A stretch of DNA of 37,305 bases. It comes from an archaeon. Its GTDB lineage: Archaea > EX4484-52 > B79-G9. Of this stretch, positions 1 to 9,712 are shown one piece after another; within the stretch, counting starts at the first letter, position 1, and each line of letters opens with the position of its first letter. Made by a program: the position numbers and the translations under genes. The notes beneath the pieces were generated by a model. It made no database searches. It saw only the letters and a list, made by a program, of their open reading frames with translations, and had not been told where the DNA came from. The stretch covers positions 1 through 37,305 of the forward strand of contig JBDRKP010000077.1 of NCBI GenBank assembly GCA_043813875.1, in the 5' to 3' direction.

Positions 1-88
1 TCCTGTGCGCAGCCTCATCATTCGCCTCGCTCACCGCCCTGTTAACAACAAACTTCCTTACATTCCCGCACCCGCATTCATCACACAA
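1..88 (-). CDS. hypB: Hydrogenase nickel incorporation GTPase HypB, N-terminal fragment (runs off the left edge)
   Basis: Not in the ORF track. Manual translation from TTG at 88 gives MCDECGCGNVRKFVVNRAVSEANDEAAHR, with the N-terminal CxxCGC Ni-binding motif of HypB. It overlaps the hypA stop and follows hypCDEA. Confidence 0.8.
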   Translation of the reverse strand, partial: MCDECGCGNVRKFVVNRAVSEANDEAAHR

Positions 89-440
89 AAGAACCACCAG
101 CCACAATCTCCTTCACAAAAAACTCCCTACCCTGCACGATATCCACATCATGCGACCCGCACGAAGGACACAGCATCATATGCGCTGACACCGCGCTCTC
201 CTTCCCGCACCCACAGCACCGTATCATCCCGGAAACAGGCACTATCTCAAGCTCAACACCAGAGAACATTCCCCCTATTTCTTTGCAGAGCATATCAAAA
301 TAAAAAAGCACCGGCTCCTTCTTATACGCCGTAAGCTCACCGAGGCACGCCACAACCGTAACCGGCCTCTCTATTCCCCTCTTTTCGCACTCATCGACAA
401 CAAGATCAAAAAGCGCCTTAGCAGCCCCGAACTCATGCAC
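81..440 (-). CDS. hypA: Hydrogenase maturation nickel metallochaperone HypA
   Basis: The GTG start at 440 gives MHEF (HypA MHE motif), with a GGTGA SD just upstream. Two CxxC zinc pairs (CCGC, CPSC) and C-terminal GREF. Confidence 0.93.
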   Translation of the reverse strand: MHEFGAAKALFDLVVDECEKRGIERPVTVVACLGELTAYKKEPVLFYFDMLCKEIGGMFSGVELEIVPVSGMIRCCGCGKESAVSAHMMLCPSCGSHDVDIVQGREFFVKEIVAGGSFV

Positions 441-451
441 ATGATCACCCG

Positions 452-1429
452 TCAGCATATCCTCGGCACAATCCTGCCCGTAGGGCACGGCATCACCCTC
501 TTTCCAAGACACGTCTGCACAGCCACCTTATCGCCGTTTGTGACCTCGCCGATGACGCACGCAGACTTATTGAACTTCTTAAGCCTCCGGACAACAAGAT
601 CAGCATCATCGCTCGCAGCCACGCACACGAACCTCCCCTCAGAAGCAAGCTCATAAAGATTGATCCCGAGCATCTCGACAACCTTCCTCACTTCACCCCT
701 CACAGGCACGTCATCTTCATATACAAGTATCCCGACCCCATTCTTCCGCGATATCTCATTGAGCGCCGCGGCAATCCCGCCCCGAGTGGGATCCTTCGCG
801 ATCTTGAGAAGTCCCTTGACAGCATCCATCTCATCAACAAGCGGCTTAGAATCGCTCACCACATCAGTCTCATAATCGAACCTCTTCGAAAGAAGCGCCA
901 CAGCATGCTCGCCAAGCCCACCAGAGAGAATCACCTTATCCCCCGGAACGATCCTGGAATCAAGCAGCTCGCCGTCCGCTGCAATCCCCACGCCCGCCGT
1001 ATTGATCACGATCTTATCGACCTTCCCCCTCTCCATCACCTTCGTATCCCCTGTCACGACAGGAACACCAGTCATCTTCGAGACCCTCTTTATAGACGAG
1101 ATGACAGAATCAAGATCCTTCCTCAAAAAACCCTCTTCGATCACAAGCCCAAGACTGATGCCAAGCGGCTTTGCCCCCATCACCAGAAGATCATTGATGG
1201 TACCAGAGACACAAAGCTTCCCGATATCCCCTCCCGGGAAAAATATCGGATCGACAATATAGCTGTCAGTAGTGAACACAAGCGTCTTCCCGCCCCCGAT
1301 ATCAAGCGTAGCGGAATCATTTTCATAATTGCGCCACTTCCCCCTGAACTTCAGCCCGAAACTATCAATAAGCGCATCCATCTCGCGCCCCCCGGCGCCG
1401 CATGCAAGCGTGACAAACTCATCATCCAT
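452..1429 (-). CDS. hypE: Hydrogenase expression/formation protein HypE (carbamoyl dehydratase)
   Basis: TTDSY..P.FFPGGDIG, GDTKV and DPTRGG motifs, and the diagnostic C-terminal PRIC. Confidence 0.97.
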   Translation of the reverse strand: MDDEFVTLACGAGGREMDALIDSFGLKFRGKWRNYENDSATLDIGGGKTLVFTTDSYIVDPIFFPGGDIGKLCVSGTINDLLVMGAKPLGISLGLVIEEGFLRKDLDSVISSIKRVSKMTGVPVVTGDTKVMERGKVDKIVINTAGVGIAADGELLDSRIVPGDKVILSGGLGEHAVALLSKRFDYETDVVSDSKPLVDEMDAVKGLLKIAKDPTRGGIAAALNEISRKNGVGILVYEDDVPVRGEVRKVVEMLGINLYELASEGRFVCVAASDDADLVVRRLKKFNKSACVIGEVTNGDKVAVQTCLGKRVMPCPTGRIVPRIC

Positions 1430-2476
1430 TCACACCCCCTCCCCCGGAACCCCGTTCCTGAAATATATCGCGCAGCTCCCCTCATCAGACACCATGCACG
1501 CGCCCTTAGGATTGCCGGGCACGCAGCTTCGGGCATACAGCGCGCAATCCGTAGGCTCGATCACACCCGTAAGCACATCCCCGCACCGGCACCCGGTCTT
1601 CCCTGGAACCGGCACAGAATCGATCACATCCTTATACTTCACCTTCGCATTAAGCGCATCATCCCTCACCTCAAGCCCTGACCTGGGTATGGCGCCAAGC
1701 CCCCTCCACTCGCTATCACAAACATGAAACTGCTCATCAATCATCCTCTGCGCCAGCACATTCCCATCCTCCCGCACAGCCTCCGGGTACCCGTTGACAA
1801 CAACCCGCTTCCCGTCCCTCACAAGCCCGCAAAGTACACTGATACCCCGAAGTATCCTCTCGGGCGTGAACCCTGTAATCACCTGCGCAACCTCAATCTC
1901 CCGGTAAGGCCGGACCCCTGTGATAGTAGAGACATGCCCCGGATCAATAAAACCGTCGAGTTTGACCTCACCTTTAAGCAGCGCCTTCATGGCAGGCGGC
2001 ACAAGCTTATGCACAGAATACACGCATACTCCCTTAGACAGAAGATACGCGCTCATAGGCGCCGTCGTCTCAAACCCGATCCCGAAAAACACCACACGAG
2101 AATACTTCTTTTTTATAGCAAGAACCTCAGCCGCCGAATATACCTCAAACACCCTCCCGCCGGTTGACCGTGCATCCTCAAGACTATACCTGCTCCCGGG
2201 AACCCGGAGCATATCGCCGTATGTCGCGACAGGAACCCCCCGCCGCGCAAGCTCGACCGTGCAATCGATATCATATTGGGAGCTCACGCACACAGGGCAT
2301 CCAGGCCCCGATATCAGCCGGATATTCTTTGGCATGATATCCCGTATCCCGTGCTTCATTATGACATTAGTATGCCCGCCGCATATCTCCATGAGAGTGA
2401 CATCCCTGCCTATCTCAAGAGCAGCATCCTTTATCCGGCCGATATGCCCAGCCATTATCGCCAAATCATCATCCAT
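1430..2476 (-). CDS. hypD: Hydrogenase formation protein HypD
   Basis: MEICGGHT, GPGCPVC, GFETT, PGHVS and GACMVS.EGSC motifs. Start set at ATG 2476 (MDDDL), directly after the hypC stop, rather than the longer ORF-track start. Confidence 0.96.
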   Translation of the reverse strand: MDDDLAIMAGHIGRIKDAALEIGRDVTLMEICGGHTNVIMKHGIRDIMPKNIRLISGPGCPVCVSSQYDIDCTVELARRGVPVATYGDMLRVPGSRYSLEDARSTGGRVFEVYSAAEVLAIKKKYSRVVFFGIGFETTAPMSAYLLSKGVCVYSVHKLVPPAMKALLKGEVKLDGFIDPGHVSTITGVRPYREIEVAQVITGFTPERILRGISVLCGLVRDGKRVVVNGYPEAVREDGNVLAQRMIDEQFHVCDSEWRGLGAIPRSGLEVRDDALNAKVKYKDVIDSVPVPGKTGCRCGDVLTGVIEPTDCALYARSCVPGNPKGACMVSDEGSCAIYFRNGVPGEGV

Positions 2477-2477
2477 C

Positions 2478-2705
2478 TTAAGACCTTCTCTCAACCTCAT
2501 TGACATAACTATTGACAGCATCGATAGCTTCCTTTGCCGACATCTCATCAACCTTCTCGATCGCAAACCCTGCATGGATAAGTACATAATCACCGGTAGC
2601 CACATCAAGAAGGCTGACATTGACCTTCTTCTTCACGCCGCCATAATCAACAACAGCGTCTTCCCCATCGACCTCAAGGACCTTCGCAGGAATAGCATAG
2701 CACAA
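2478..2705 (-). CDS. hypC: Hydrogenase assembly chaperone HypC/HupF
   Basis: The TTG start at 2705 gives MCYAIP (HypC MC.AIP, with N-terminal Cys). Also GDYVLIHAGFA. Confidence 0.95.
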   Translation of the reverse strand: MCYAIPAKVLEVDGEDAVVDYGGVKKKVNVSLLDVATGDYVLIHAGFAIEKVDEMSAKEAIDAVNSYVNEVERRS

Positions 2706-2980
2706 ACAGATCAACCCCGGTCATCAAAGACTTTAACCCTGGAGATAGTTGCACGATTAAATTAATAACCTCTTGCCCCACTTCCTCAAATAAGAAGAAC
2801 GAACAAAAACCGTACCCGAAAATAATTCACTAGCAAGAAACATAAAAATCAAAAAAAAGAATGCAGTGAATGCATAAGCAGATATGATATACTTGACAGG
2901 ATATAGCAAAAAATTACACTATTAGAAACACAAGACAATCCCCCAAACAAATAAAAAGCAGCATAGACCAACTAAAAAAC

Positions 2981-3586
2981 ATGCAGATAGCAATAATCTC
3001 ACTTCAGGGCGCATTCACAGAACACTTTGACGCGCTAAAAAATGCATCACAAGAGCTGAAGATAGACACAGGCATAATTCTCGCAAGAACAGCAAAAGAC
3101 CTGGAAGGCGCATCAGGAATAATCATCCCCGGCGGCGAATCGACGACTATCAACAAACTCCTGAAAGAGACAGGCATGGACAAAAAGATCATCCAGCTTG
3201 CAGAAAAAGACATACCTATTCTTGCCACCTGCGCAGGCATGATCATCATATCAAAAAGCGGCGACTCCCAATGCGAAAAGACCGGGCATCTCCTCGGCCT
3301 GATAGATATGGTTGTCAACCGCAACGCATTCGGCACCCAGAAAGACAGCTTCGAAAAAGAGCTTGAAATCAAAGGCATCGGCAGGATGAACGCGGTCTTC
3401 ATACGCGCGCCCGCGATAACAAAAGTGAACGACCCGAAAGCACAGATACTCGCAAAAGTCGGCAATAAGATAGTCGCAGTTAAAAAAAGAAACATATTGG
3501 CGCTCGCATTCCACCCCGAACTCACAACCGACACGAAAGTCCACAGGTATTTCTTAAAAAAAGCAATATACGTATCTACCCTTTAG
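2981..3586 (+). CDS. pdxT: Pyridoxal 5'-phosphate synthase glutaminase subunit PdxT
   Basis: LQGAF.EH, PGGESTT, TCAG, RNAFG.Q.DSF, FIRAP and FHPE motifs. Confidence 0.96.
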   Translation: MQIAIISLQGAFTEHFDALKNASQELKIDTGIILARTAKDLEGASGIIIPGGESTTINKLLKETGMDKKIIQLAEKDIPILATCAGMIIISKSGDSQCEKTGHLLGLIDMVVNRNAFGTQKDSFEKELEIKGIGRMNAVFIRAPAITKVNDPKAQILAKVGNKIVAVKKRNILALAFHPELTTDTKVHRYFLKKAIYVSTL

Positions 3587-3620
3587 AAACCCTGAAATGA
3601 TAGAGAGATTTCTTGGAAGC

Positions 3621-3666
3621 ATCAACATTTAAATAAATTCATTATCAACATTTAAATAAATTCATT
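3621..3666. repeat. Perfect 23-bp tandem duplication (ATCAACATTTAAATAAATTCATT x2) containing a TATA-like box
   Basis: 3621-3643 is identical to 3644-3666. Each copy carries TTTAAATA, upstream of the protease gene. Confidence 0.85.
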
Positions 3667-3722
3667 ATTATCACTAACATAAGAACATAAGAAAATCTAT
3701 AATCATTTTTGGAGGCTTAAAA

Positions 3723-6536
3723 ATGAAAAAAATAATATTAGGAATCCTATTTGTAATAGGCTTACTGGCAATATCAGGAATAGCAATGGCAGAGAGTCCG
3801 AAAGGAAATGATGGCGTTAGAGTCATAGCGCCTACAACATCTTCTCTAGACAAAGTTGCTTTCAGGATGAAAGGATGTATTATCATGCATGAATTAAACG
3901 ACGCAACAGCCCTGAAATGTCCGGCAGACGTAGTTCCAACACTAAATGTCAGAGAAGATAAAGTATTCCATATAATGGATACGGATGCCAATGCTCAGAT
4001 AAATGCAGATGATGTCTGGACCCTGGGTTACGCGGGTACCGGCATAACAGTAGCGGTTCTGGACACCGGCGTGGATTATACACATCCTGAACTATCAACG
4101 AGTATCACTGGCGGAAAAAGTTTTGTAACCTATACTACTGGTTATTTGGATGACCACGGTCACGGCACTCATGTGGCAGGGATAATAACTGCTGACGGAG
4201 TTGGGGGAACACCGCCTGGATATGCGAAAGGAGTGGCACCTGATGCAGGCGTATGGATGGGAAAGGTATGTGATGCTACCGGTTCCTGCCTTACAACCGA
4301 TATAGCAGCAGGAATTGAGTATGTGGTTCAGGGTCCTGACGGAATCCCAGACACAGGGGATGAGCCTGCAAAAATAATAAGCATAAGTTTAGGCGGCGGC
4401 GGAACAACCGCAGTAAATTGTGATTCAGATTACCTTGCAGGAGTTGTTAACTGGGCCGTGAATAATGGGGTAACCGTAGCTGCCGCAGCAGGGAACACCG
4501 CAGGAATCGTTTCAAGCCCTGGCTGTGCATCAGGAGCTATAGCAGTCGGCGCAGTAGACAAAACTGATGTGAGGGCATATTTCTCAGGGACAGGATCAGC
4601 ATTGGATATAATGGCGCCGGGAGTGAGCATTTATTCGAGCTTGCCTGGGAACACATATGATAGCTGGAGTGGAACATCCATGGCGACACCGCATATTGCC
4701 GCGACAGTGGCTTTATTAAAACAGAAAAATCCGGCATTAACAGACCTTGAAATCAAAAATGCCCTATACAATACCGCAGTAGACTTGGGTCTTCCTTTTC
4801 AAGAGCAGGGGCATGGCAGGGTAGATGCATTAGCTGCGGTTAACTATAATGCGCCCCCAGCAGTAGCTACAGAATTCTACGATGGCTTTGAGGACCTGGC
4901 ACTAACCCCTGAATGGTCAGAGAGCGGAGAAGGGGACTGGAATATTGAAACGCCGATAGAGGCATACAGCGGCTACGCCGCACATTCCGATAACTGCGAT
5001 ACAGAGTGCACAATAGAACTGACAAACGCAATTGACCTGACCGGCAAAACAGGTGCAAAGCTAACATTCTGGAGATGGGTAGACAATGGTTTGGACAGTG
5101 GGGAATACCTTGCAGCTGATATTTGGGACGGAAACAAATGGGTCCAGATAGCGTATTGGACAAACGGTGCCGGAGACACGGACGTTTGGGAGTTTGAATC
5201 TTATGACTTGAACAATTATTTAGTCAATGGCTTCTCGGTAAGATTCAGGACAAAAGAGAGCAGCAACTTGGAACACGTTTATGTCGATGATGTAAAAATC
5301 GTAAGTTACGGGATACCTGTAGAGGATACAGCTCCGCCGGTAGTTATCCTGGAAAACCCGGCAGATGAAACTACAGACACTGATGGAACCGTAACATTCG
5401 AATACACTCCCGACGATGCTGATTCAGGAATATCTGGCTGTGAATTGATAATAAATGACACTGCGGAGCAAACGGATACTTCGATAACAGAAGGAATAAT
5501 AAATCAATTTGAAAAGACTGGAATGACAAATGGGGTTTACGTTTGGAACGTAAAATGTACTGATGGCTCTCCAAATGCCAATGAAGGCTCCGGAACAGCA
5601 AGAACTCTGATTATAGACATTGACTCAGAAATGCCAACAATAACAGATGCTACGGGAAACACGACTGGCACCACAGGTGAACCTGTAACGATATCCGCAA
5701 CCATAACAGACAATATAGGAGTTGTCAGTGCGACAGTGCATTACACACCGATTGATGGCACAGAGACAACTGCTCCAATGACCAAAGACGCTAGCGATGT
5801 CTGGAGTGCAGATGTGCCTGTCGCTTCGGATAAGGTTGGAACCATAACCTACTACATAAACGCAGAGGACGCGGCTGGCAACACTGCAGGATATCCAGAA
5901 ACCGAAACTTACAGTATAACTGTAACAGACAATGATGCTCCGGTAGCAGAAGCTGGCCCGGATCGGGAAGTTCTGCTTGATCAAGAAGTAACATTCGATG
6001 GCTCTGATTCGAGTGATAATATTGGTATAACAGGTTACAGTTGGGACTTTGATGCTAGTGATGATATTCCAGTAGATGCAACCGGTATAATGGCAACTCA
6101 CACGTATACGGCAACCGGTACCTACACCGTGACCCTCACAGTAACTGATGCCGCAGGTAATACCGATTCAGACACGCTTACAGTAAATGTAATAGAAGAA
6201 ACCGACACCATGCACATAACCAGCATCAGTATGAATCTAGGGACACGACGTGTAGGTAGGAATATATTCTATCATGCGACAGCAACAGTGACAATTGACG
6301 ATGCTCTTGGAAATAAAGTTGAAGGCGCAACCGTATCAGGCCACTGGAGCGATGCAACCAGCGACATAGACACAGGCATAACAGGCGCCAGCGGACAGGT
6401 AGCACTAAACTCCAACGAAATAAAAAACGCTGCTACAGGAACAACCTTCATCTTCACAGTAGACAGCGTAACAAAAGACGGATGGACATACAAGCCAAGT
6501 GAAAACGTAGTGGTAAGTGGCAGCACAACAATATAA
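3723..6536 (+). CDS. Secreted S8 (subtilisin-like) serine protease with C-terminal beta-sandwich/Ig-like and PKD domains
   Basis: Signal peptide. Catalytic motifs VAVLDTG, HGHGTHVAG and GTSMATP. PKD-like FDGS.S.D…YSWDF…HTY…GTYTVTLTVTD. Confidence 0.92.
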   Translation: MKKIILGILFVIGLLAISGIAMAESPKGNDGVRVIAPTTSSLDKVAFRMKGCIIMHELNDATALKCPADVVPTLNVREDKVFHIMDTDANAQINADDVWTLGYAGTGITVAVLDTGVDYTHPELSTSITGGKSFVTYTTGYLDDHGHGTHVAGIITADGVGGTPPGYAKGVAPDAGVWMGKVCDATGSCLTTDIAAGIEYVVQGPDGIPDTGDEPAKIISISLGGGGTTAVNCDSDYLAGVVNWAVNNGVTVAAAAGNTAGIVSSPGCASGAIAVGAVDKTDVRAYFSGTGSALDIMAPGVSIYSSLPGNTYDSWSGTSMATPHIAATVALLKQKNPALTDLEIKNALYNTAVDLGLPFQEQGHGRVDALAAVNYNAPPAVATEFYDGFEDLALTPEWSESGEGDWNIETPIEAYSGYAAHSDNCDTECTIELTNAIDLTGKTGAKLTFWRWVDNGLDSGEYLAADIWDGNKWVQIAYWTNGAGDTDVWEFESYDLNNYLVNGFSVRFRTKESSNLEHVYVDDVKIVSYGIPVEDTAPPVVILENPADETTDTDGTVTFEYTPDDADSGISGCELIINDTAEQTDTSITEGIINQFEKTGMTNGVYVWNVKCTDGSPNANEGSGTARTLIIDIDSEMPTITDATGNTTGTTGEPVTISATITDNIGVVSATVHYTPIDGTETTAPMTKDASDVWSADVPVASDKVGTITYYINAEDAAGNTAGYPETETYSITVTDNDAPVAEAGPDREVLLDQEVTFDGSDSSDNIGITGYSWDFDASDDIPVDATGIMATHTYTATGTYTVTLTVTDAAGNTDSDTLTVNVIEETDTMHITSISMNLGTRRVGRNIFYHATATVTIDDALGNKVEGATVSGHWSDATSDIDTGITGASGQVALNSNEIKNAATGTTFIFTVDSVTKDGWTYKPSENVVVSGSTTI

Positions 6537-6582
6537 AGGCAAAAGTGCTGTGTAAGTGCAATAACTCCATGAGTTTGGCGCT

Positions 6583-6614
6583 GGGGGCTCTACCCCCTTT
6601 TTTCTTTTTCTTTC
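6583..6614 (+). terminator. Hairpin plus T-tract terminator after the protease gene
   Basis: GGGGG-ctcta-CCCCC followed by TTTTTTCTTTTTCTTTC. Confidence 0.6.
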
Positions 6615-6663
6615 TTAAATATTCCAAAAAACTATATAACCCCCTCAGCCCAAATAAACACCC

Positions 6664-7266
6664 ATGCGCCGCGAAAAGCTCAACGAATACATGCTAGACA
6701 TCATATTCGGCGCAGTCCTCACCTTCATCGTCTTCCTCGGCATAAAAGAAGACATCCCTTTCATCGCCACCGCCTTCGCGGCAAGCATCTACCTGTCATT
6801 CATAAACCCCTACTCAAAATACTCCACACCATGGAACATCTCCGCATCCTACGTAACAGCAGCCGTATACGGCATAATACTATACAACATCCTCAGGCAC
6901 GAATACGCAACAAACAGTCTCTTCTACATAGCAGCCATATTCCTGACATTCACCCTCTTCGCAGAGACGATAACAATCATAAAAGCAGAACATCCGCCCG
7001 CAGCAGCAGTACTCATATCATTCGCATACACAGAGGCGACACTCTCAAACATCGCCCTTTTCTCAATCCTCATAGCCATGATGGTCATAATCGACTACAT
7101 CTTCGAACAGCTCCTGGAACACAAAAAAGACCTCATGCGCGCGACAGGATGCGAAATAAAGATGCTCCAGGACAAGATACTAAAAAACATCAGCATCGAC
7201 AACAAGGATTATAAACCCCAAAAACAAAATACAAACAATGGAGCGTCTCACAATCAAAGAAGGTGA
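6664..7266 (+). CDS. HPP-family membrane protein
   Basis: Several TM segments, a P.S..S.PWN segment and an HPPAAA motif. Confidence 0.75.
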   Translation: MRREKLNEYMLDIIFGAVLTFIVFLGIKEDIPFIATAFAASIYLSFINPYSKYSTPWNISASYVTAAVYGIILYNILRHEYATNSLFYIAAIFLTFTLFAETITIIKAEHPPAAAVLISFAYTEATLSNIALFSILIAMMVIIDYIFEQLLEHKKDLMRATGCEIKMLQDKILKNISIDNKDYKPQKQNTNNGASHNQRR

Positions 7267-7837
7267 ATTCCTGGTAAGAGAGGCACGGACATACCTCGAA
7301 TCATACCTGAGCAAAACAGCCTGCAAGATAGAAAAAAACGACGCATTTCTCAACAAAAAATGCGGACTCTTCGTCACCCTCCACACCCACCCGGACCACA
7401 GTTTAAGAGGCTGCATAGGCTTCACAGAGCCGGTATACGCATTGAAAAAAGCCCTGGCAGAGGCAGCGAGATCAGCAGCAAACGACCCAAGATTCCCGAA
7501 AGTCACAAGACAGGAACTAGACAACCTCGTGATAGAGATATCCATCCTCACACCACCAAAAATCATCCCCCACCAGACCCATCAGGAGCTCCTCGAAAAG
7601 ATCACCCAAAAAAAAGACGGTCTGATAATAAAAACAGAAGACGGCCACGGCCTCTTCCTCCCCCAGGTATGGGAACAGCTCACAGAAAAGATAGAATTCT
7701 TACAAAACCTATGCTACAAGGCAGGCCTCTTCGACAAAGACGCCTGGCAATACAAAGACACAGAGATCTACAGCTTCCGCGTCCAGATATTTGAAGAAAA
7801 AGAACCCAAAGGAAAAATAATCGAAGTCGAACAATAG
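7238..7837 (+). CDS. AMMECR1-domain protein (AmmeMemoRadiSam system protein A type)
   Basis: GLFVTL, LRGCIG, DPRF, EISILT and GLFLPQVW motifs. Confidence 0.93.
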   Translation: MERLTIKEGEFLVREARTYLESYLSKTACKIEKNDAFLNKKCGLFVTLHTHPDHSLRGCIGFTEPVYALKKALAEAARSAANDPRFPKVTRQELDNLVIEISILTPPKIIPHQTHQELLEKITQKKDGLIIKTEDGHGLFLPQVWEQLTEKIEFLQNLCYKAGLFDKDAWQYKDTEIYSFRVQIFEEKEPKGKIIEVEQ

Positions 7838-7933
7838 CCTCATACACACCTCATCAGGCTTCATCAATCAACAAGCACAATACGTGCCGTTTATCCAAAA
7901 CATAACACCCCGCAGCAGAGTCATACACACTTT

Positions 7934-7964
7934 TGTCCGTATAACTCCAGAAGTTATACTCAAT
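7934..7964 (+). other. Recombination-site-like box A (TGTCCGTATAA-ctccagaag-TTATACTCAAT)
   Basis: Internal inverted repeat GTATAACT/AGTTATAC. Related boxes occur at 13893, 15437 and 23564, each at the edge of an accessory gene. Confidence 0.5.
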
Positions 7965-8020
7965 CGGCGGCGGCTCGCACAGCATAACTATTTATATCAA
8001 ACTATCATAATAAGTATATT

Positions 8021-8467
8021 ATGAAACAAAAAATCTTTGTGGTATTGGCGATACTAGGAATAATTCTTGTCAGCGGGTGCGTGCAAGAAAAGCCAAAGAT
8101 TATCCCAAATAATGCCGACGTTTCAGATATTATAAATAATCCGCAATCGTATGATAAGACCACGGCTACGCTTAGCGGGGTTGTAATAAAAAATGTCGGG
8201 GCTTTCTTCGGTCCGGAATATGAATTGGCGGTATTTGATACTTCAAAAAGTTTCGACATGGCCACTGCGAAGCAGGTTGCATTGGTTTCAAAGGAAGGTT
8301 CGAATACAGATTTGTCAAGAACCGTAAGCTATACTTTCGATGGCCGTAGCTATACTCTGATAGAGCATCGAACCGTAACGCTTAAAGGTACTATTAAATA
8401 TATTGGTGAAGCTACTGATTCACCTCCTTTTTATTTTGAAGTGGAACAGATAATGGAAAACATTTGA
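8021..8467 (+). CDS. Hypothetical lipoprotein (possible OB-fold-like), accessory cargo
   Basis: Lipobox-like LVSGC after a hydrophobic leader. Base composition differs from the neighbours. Flanked by the inverted repeat 7964-7978/8483-8497. Confidence 0.7.
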   Translation: MKQKIFVVLAILGIILVSGCVQEKPKIIPNNADVSDIINNPQSYDKTTATLSGVVIKNVGAFFGPEYELAVFDTSKSFDMATAKQVALVSKEGSNTDLSRTVSYTFDGRSYTLIEHRTVTLKGTIKYIGEATDSPPFYFEVEQIMENI

Positions 8468-8690
8468 TTTTTAGAACCAATGGCGAGCCGTCGCCGAGTT
8501 CTCCGTTCGCTTCGCTCACTACGACCGCATTGGTCCAATTGGTCAACGGGAGTTTAACAAGCAGTTTAAGTTTTATAGCACGGCTTTTAGAACATCATGG
8601 ACCCAAAAAGTTACCTGCAAACCTCAACACTGTAACACACAGCCAAAAAAACCAAAATCTTTATTACACCCCTCGACCCAATAATAAGAC

Positions 8691-9164
8691 ATGCACAAAT
8701 TCAGCGTCTCATTCATACTTTTATTCATAGGCTGGATACTGTTCACAGGCGCCACCTATCCCGCAGAACTCATCATAGGCATCGCCATCTCGATCATAAT
8801 CGCAGACATCTGCGGCAAATTCATGTTCTACGAATCCCCCTGGCAGCTCTTCAACCCGAAATCCATGATCAACCAGATAATCTACCTCTTCATCCTCCTC
8901 TACTCTGAAATCAGATCACACATAGATCTCGCAGCAAGAATAATAACAGGAAACATCAACCCCGCCATAATAAAAATAACAACCATCCAGACCACCGACT
9001 TCACAAAGACCCTGGTCGCAAACGCGATAACAATGACCCCGGGCACACTCACCCTGAAGATAGACAGCAACGAAAAAGACCTCTACATCCACTGCATAAA
9101 CTACACCAAAAAAGAAGACATACACGGCCTCTTCGAAAGATACGCAAAAAAAGTGATACCATGA
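8691..9164 (+). CDS. mbhA: Mrp/Mbh complex subunit A (MnhE-like Na+/H+ antiporter subunit)
   Basis: INPAII…ANAITMTPGTLT…LYIH is an MnhE signature. First gene of a translationally coupled operon. Confidence 0.88.
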   Translation: MHKFSVSFILLFIGWILFTGATYPAELIIGIAISIIIADICGKFMFYESPWQLFNPKSMINQIIYLFILLYSEIRSHIDLAARIITGNINPAIIKITTIQTTDFTKTLVANAITMTPGTLTLKIDSNEKDLYIHCINYTKKEDIHGLFERYAKKVIP

Positions 9165-9394
9165 TAGAATACGCATTCATCGCATCAGCAGTGCTCCTGA
9201 TCTCAAGAGCCATACTCGGCCCCACGTACGCCGACAGGGTGATATCGATAGACACCCTGACAAACATCATAATAGTATTCATGGTAATCCACGCGATCAG
9301 GATAAAAAACCCCATGTACCTCGACACCGCGCTCCTATTCGCCCTCATCTCCTACGTCGGCATAATCGCGATCTCAAAACTGGTGAAAAAATGA
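9161..9394 (+). CDS. mbhB: Mrp/Mbh subunit B (MnhF-like)
   Basis: GPT.ADRVIS.D motif, three TM segments, ATGA overlap. Confidence 0.88.
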   Translation: MIEYAFIASAVLLISRAILGPTYADRVISIDTLTNIIIVFMVIHAIRIKNPMYLDTALLFALISYVGIIAISKLVKK

Positions 9395-9711
9395 TAGCAG
9401 ACATCCTCTTCGCAACATCCGCCTTCTTCGCCCTCCTCGGCGCCATCGGCCTCTTCCGCTTCCCCGACTTCTACACCCGCATCCACGCAGCGACGATGAT
9501 AACGATCGGCGGCGCATGCCTCGCCCTCGCATCACTCGCCATCACCACATACACCACCGAAGGCTACAGCATCATATACACCATAAAGATAATCCTCATA
9601 ATAACATTCATCCTCATAACCAACCCGACAAGCAGCCACGCCCTCGCCCACGCCGCCTACACCACAGGCATCGTGCCGAAAAACCTGATAAAAAACGACC
9701 TGGAGCAATAA
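9391..9711 (+). CDS. mbhC: Mrp/Mbh subunit C (MnhG-like)
   Basis: G..RFPDFYTRIHAAT and NP..SHALA motifs. Confidence 0.9.
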   Translation: MIADILFATSAFFALLGAIGLFRFPDFYTRIHAATMITIGGACLALASLAITTYTTEGYSIIYTIKIILIITFILITNPTSSHALAHAAYTTGIVPKNLIKNDLEQ

Positions 9712-9712
9712 C

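Noticed and set aside
2477..2620. N-terminal extension of HypD in the ORF track (also HypA 441-512, MgtC 19746-19883, and 10574-10678)
   Set aside because: The extensions overlap neighbouring genes. Family motifs and coupling support the shorter starts.
2981..3586. pdxT without adjacent pdxS
   Set aside because: The two genes are often unlinked in archaea, and absence from one window is uninformative.
8483..8530. Group II intron domain V (GAGCCG…)
   Set aside because: No matching CGGTTC-type 3' strand, no GTGCG 5' end at a fitting position, and no RT gene.
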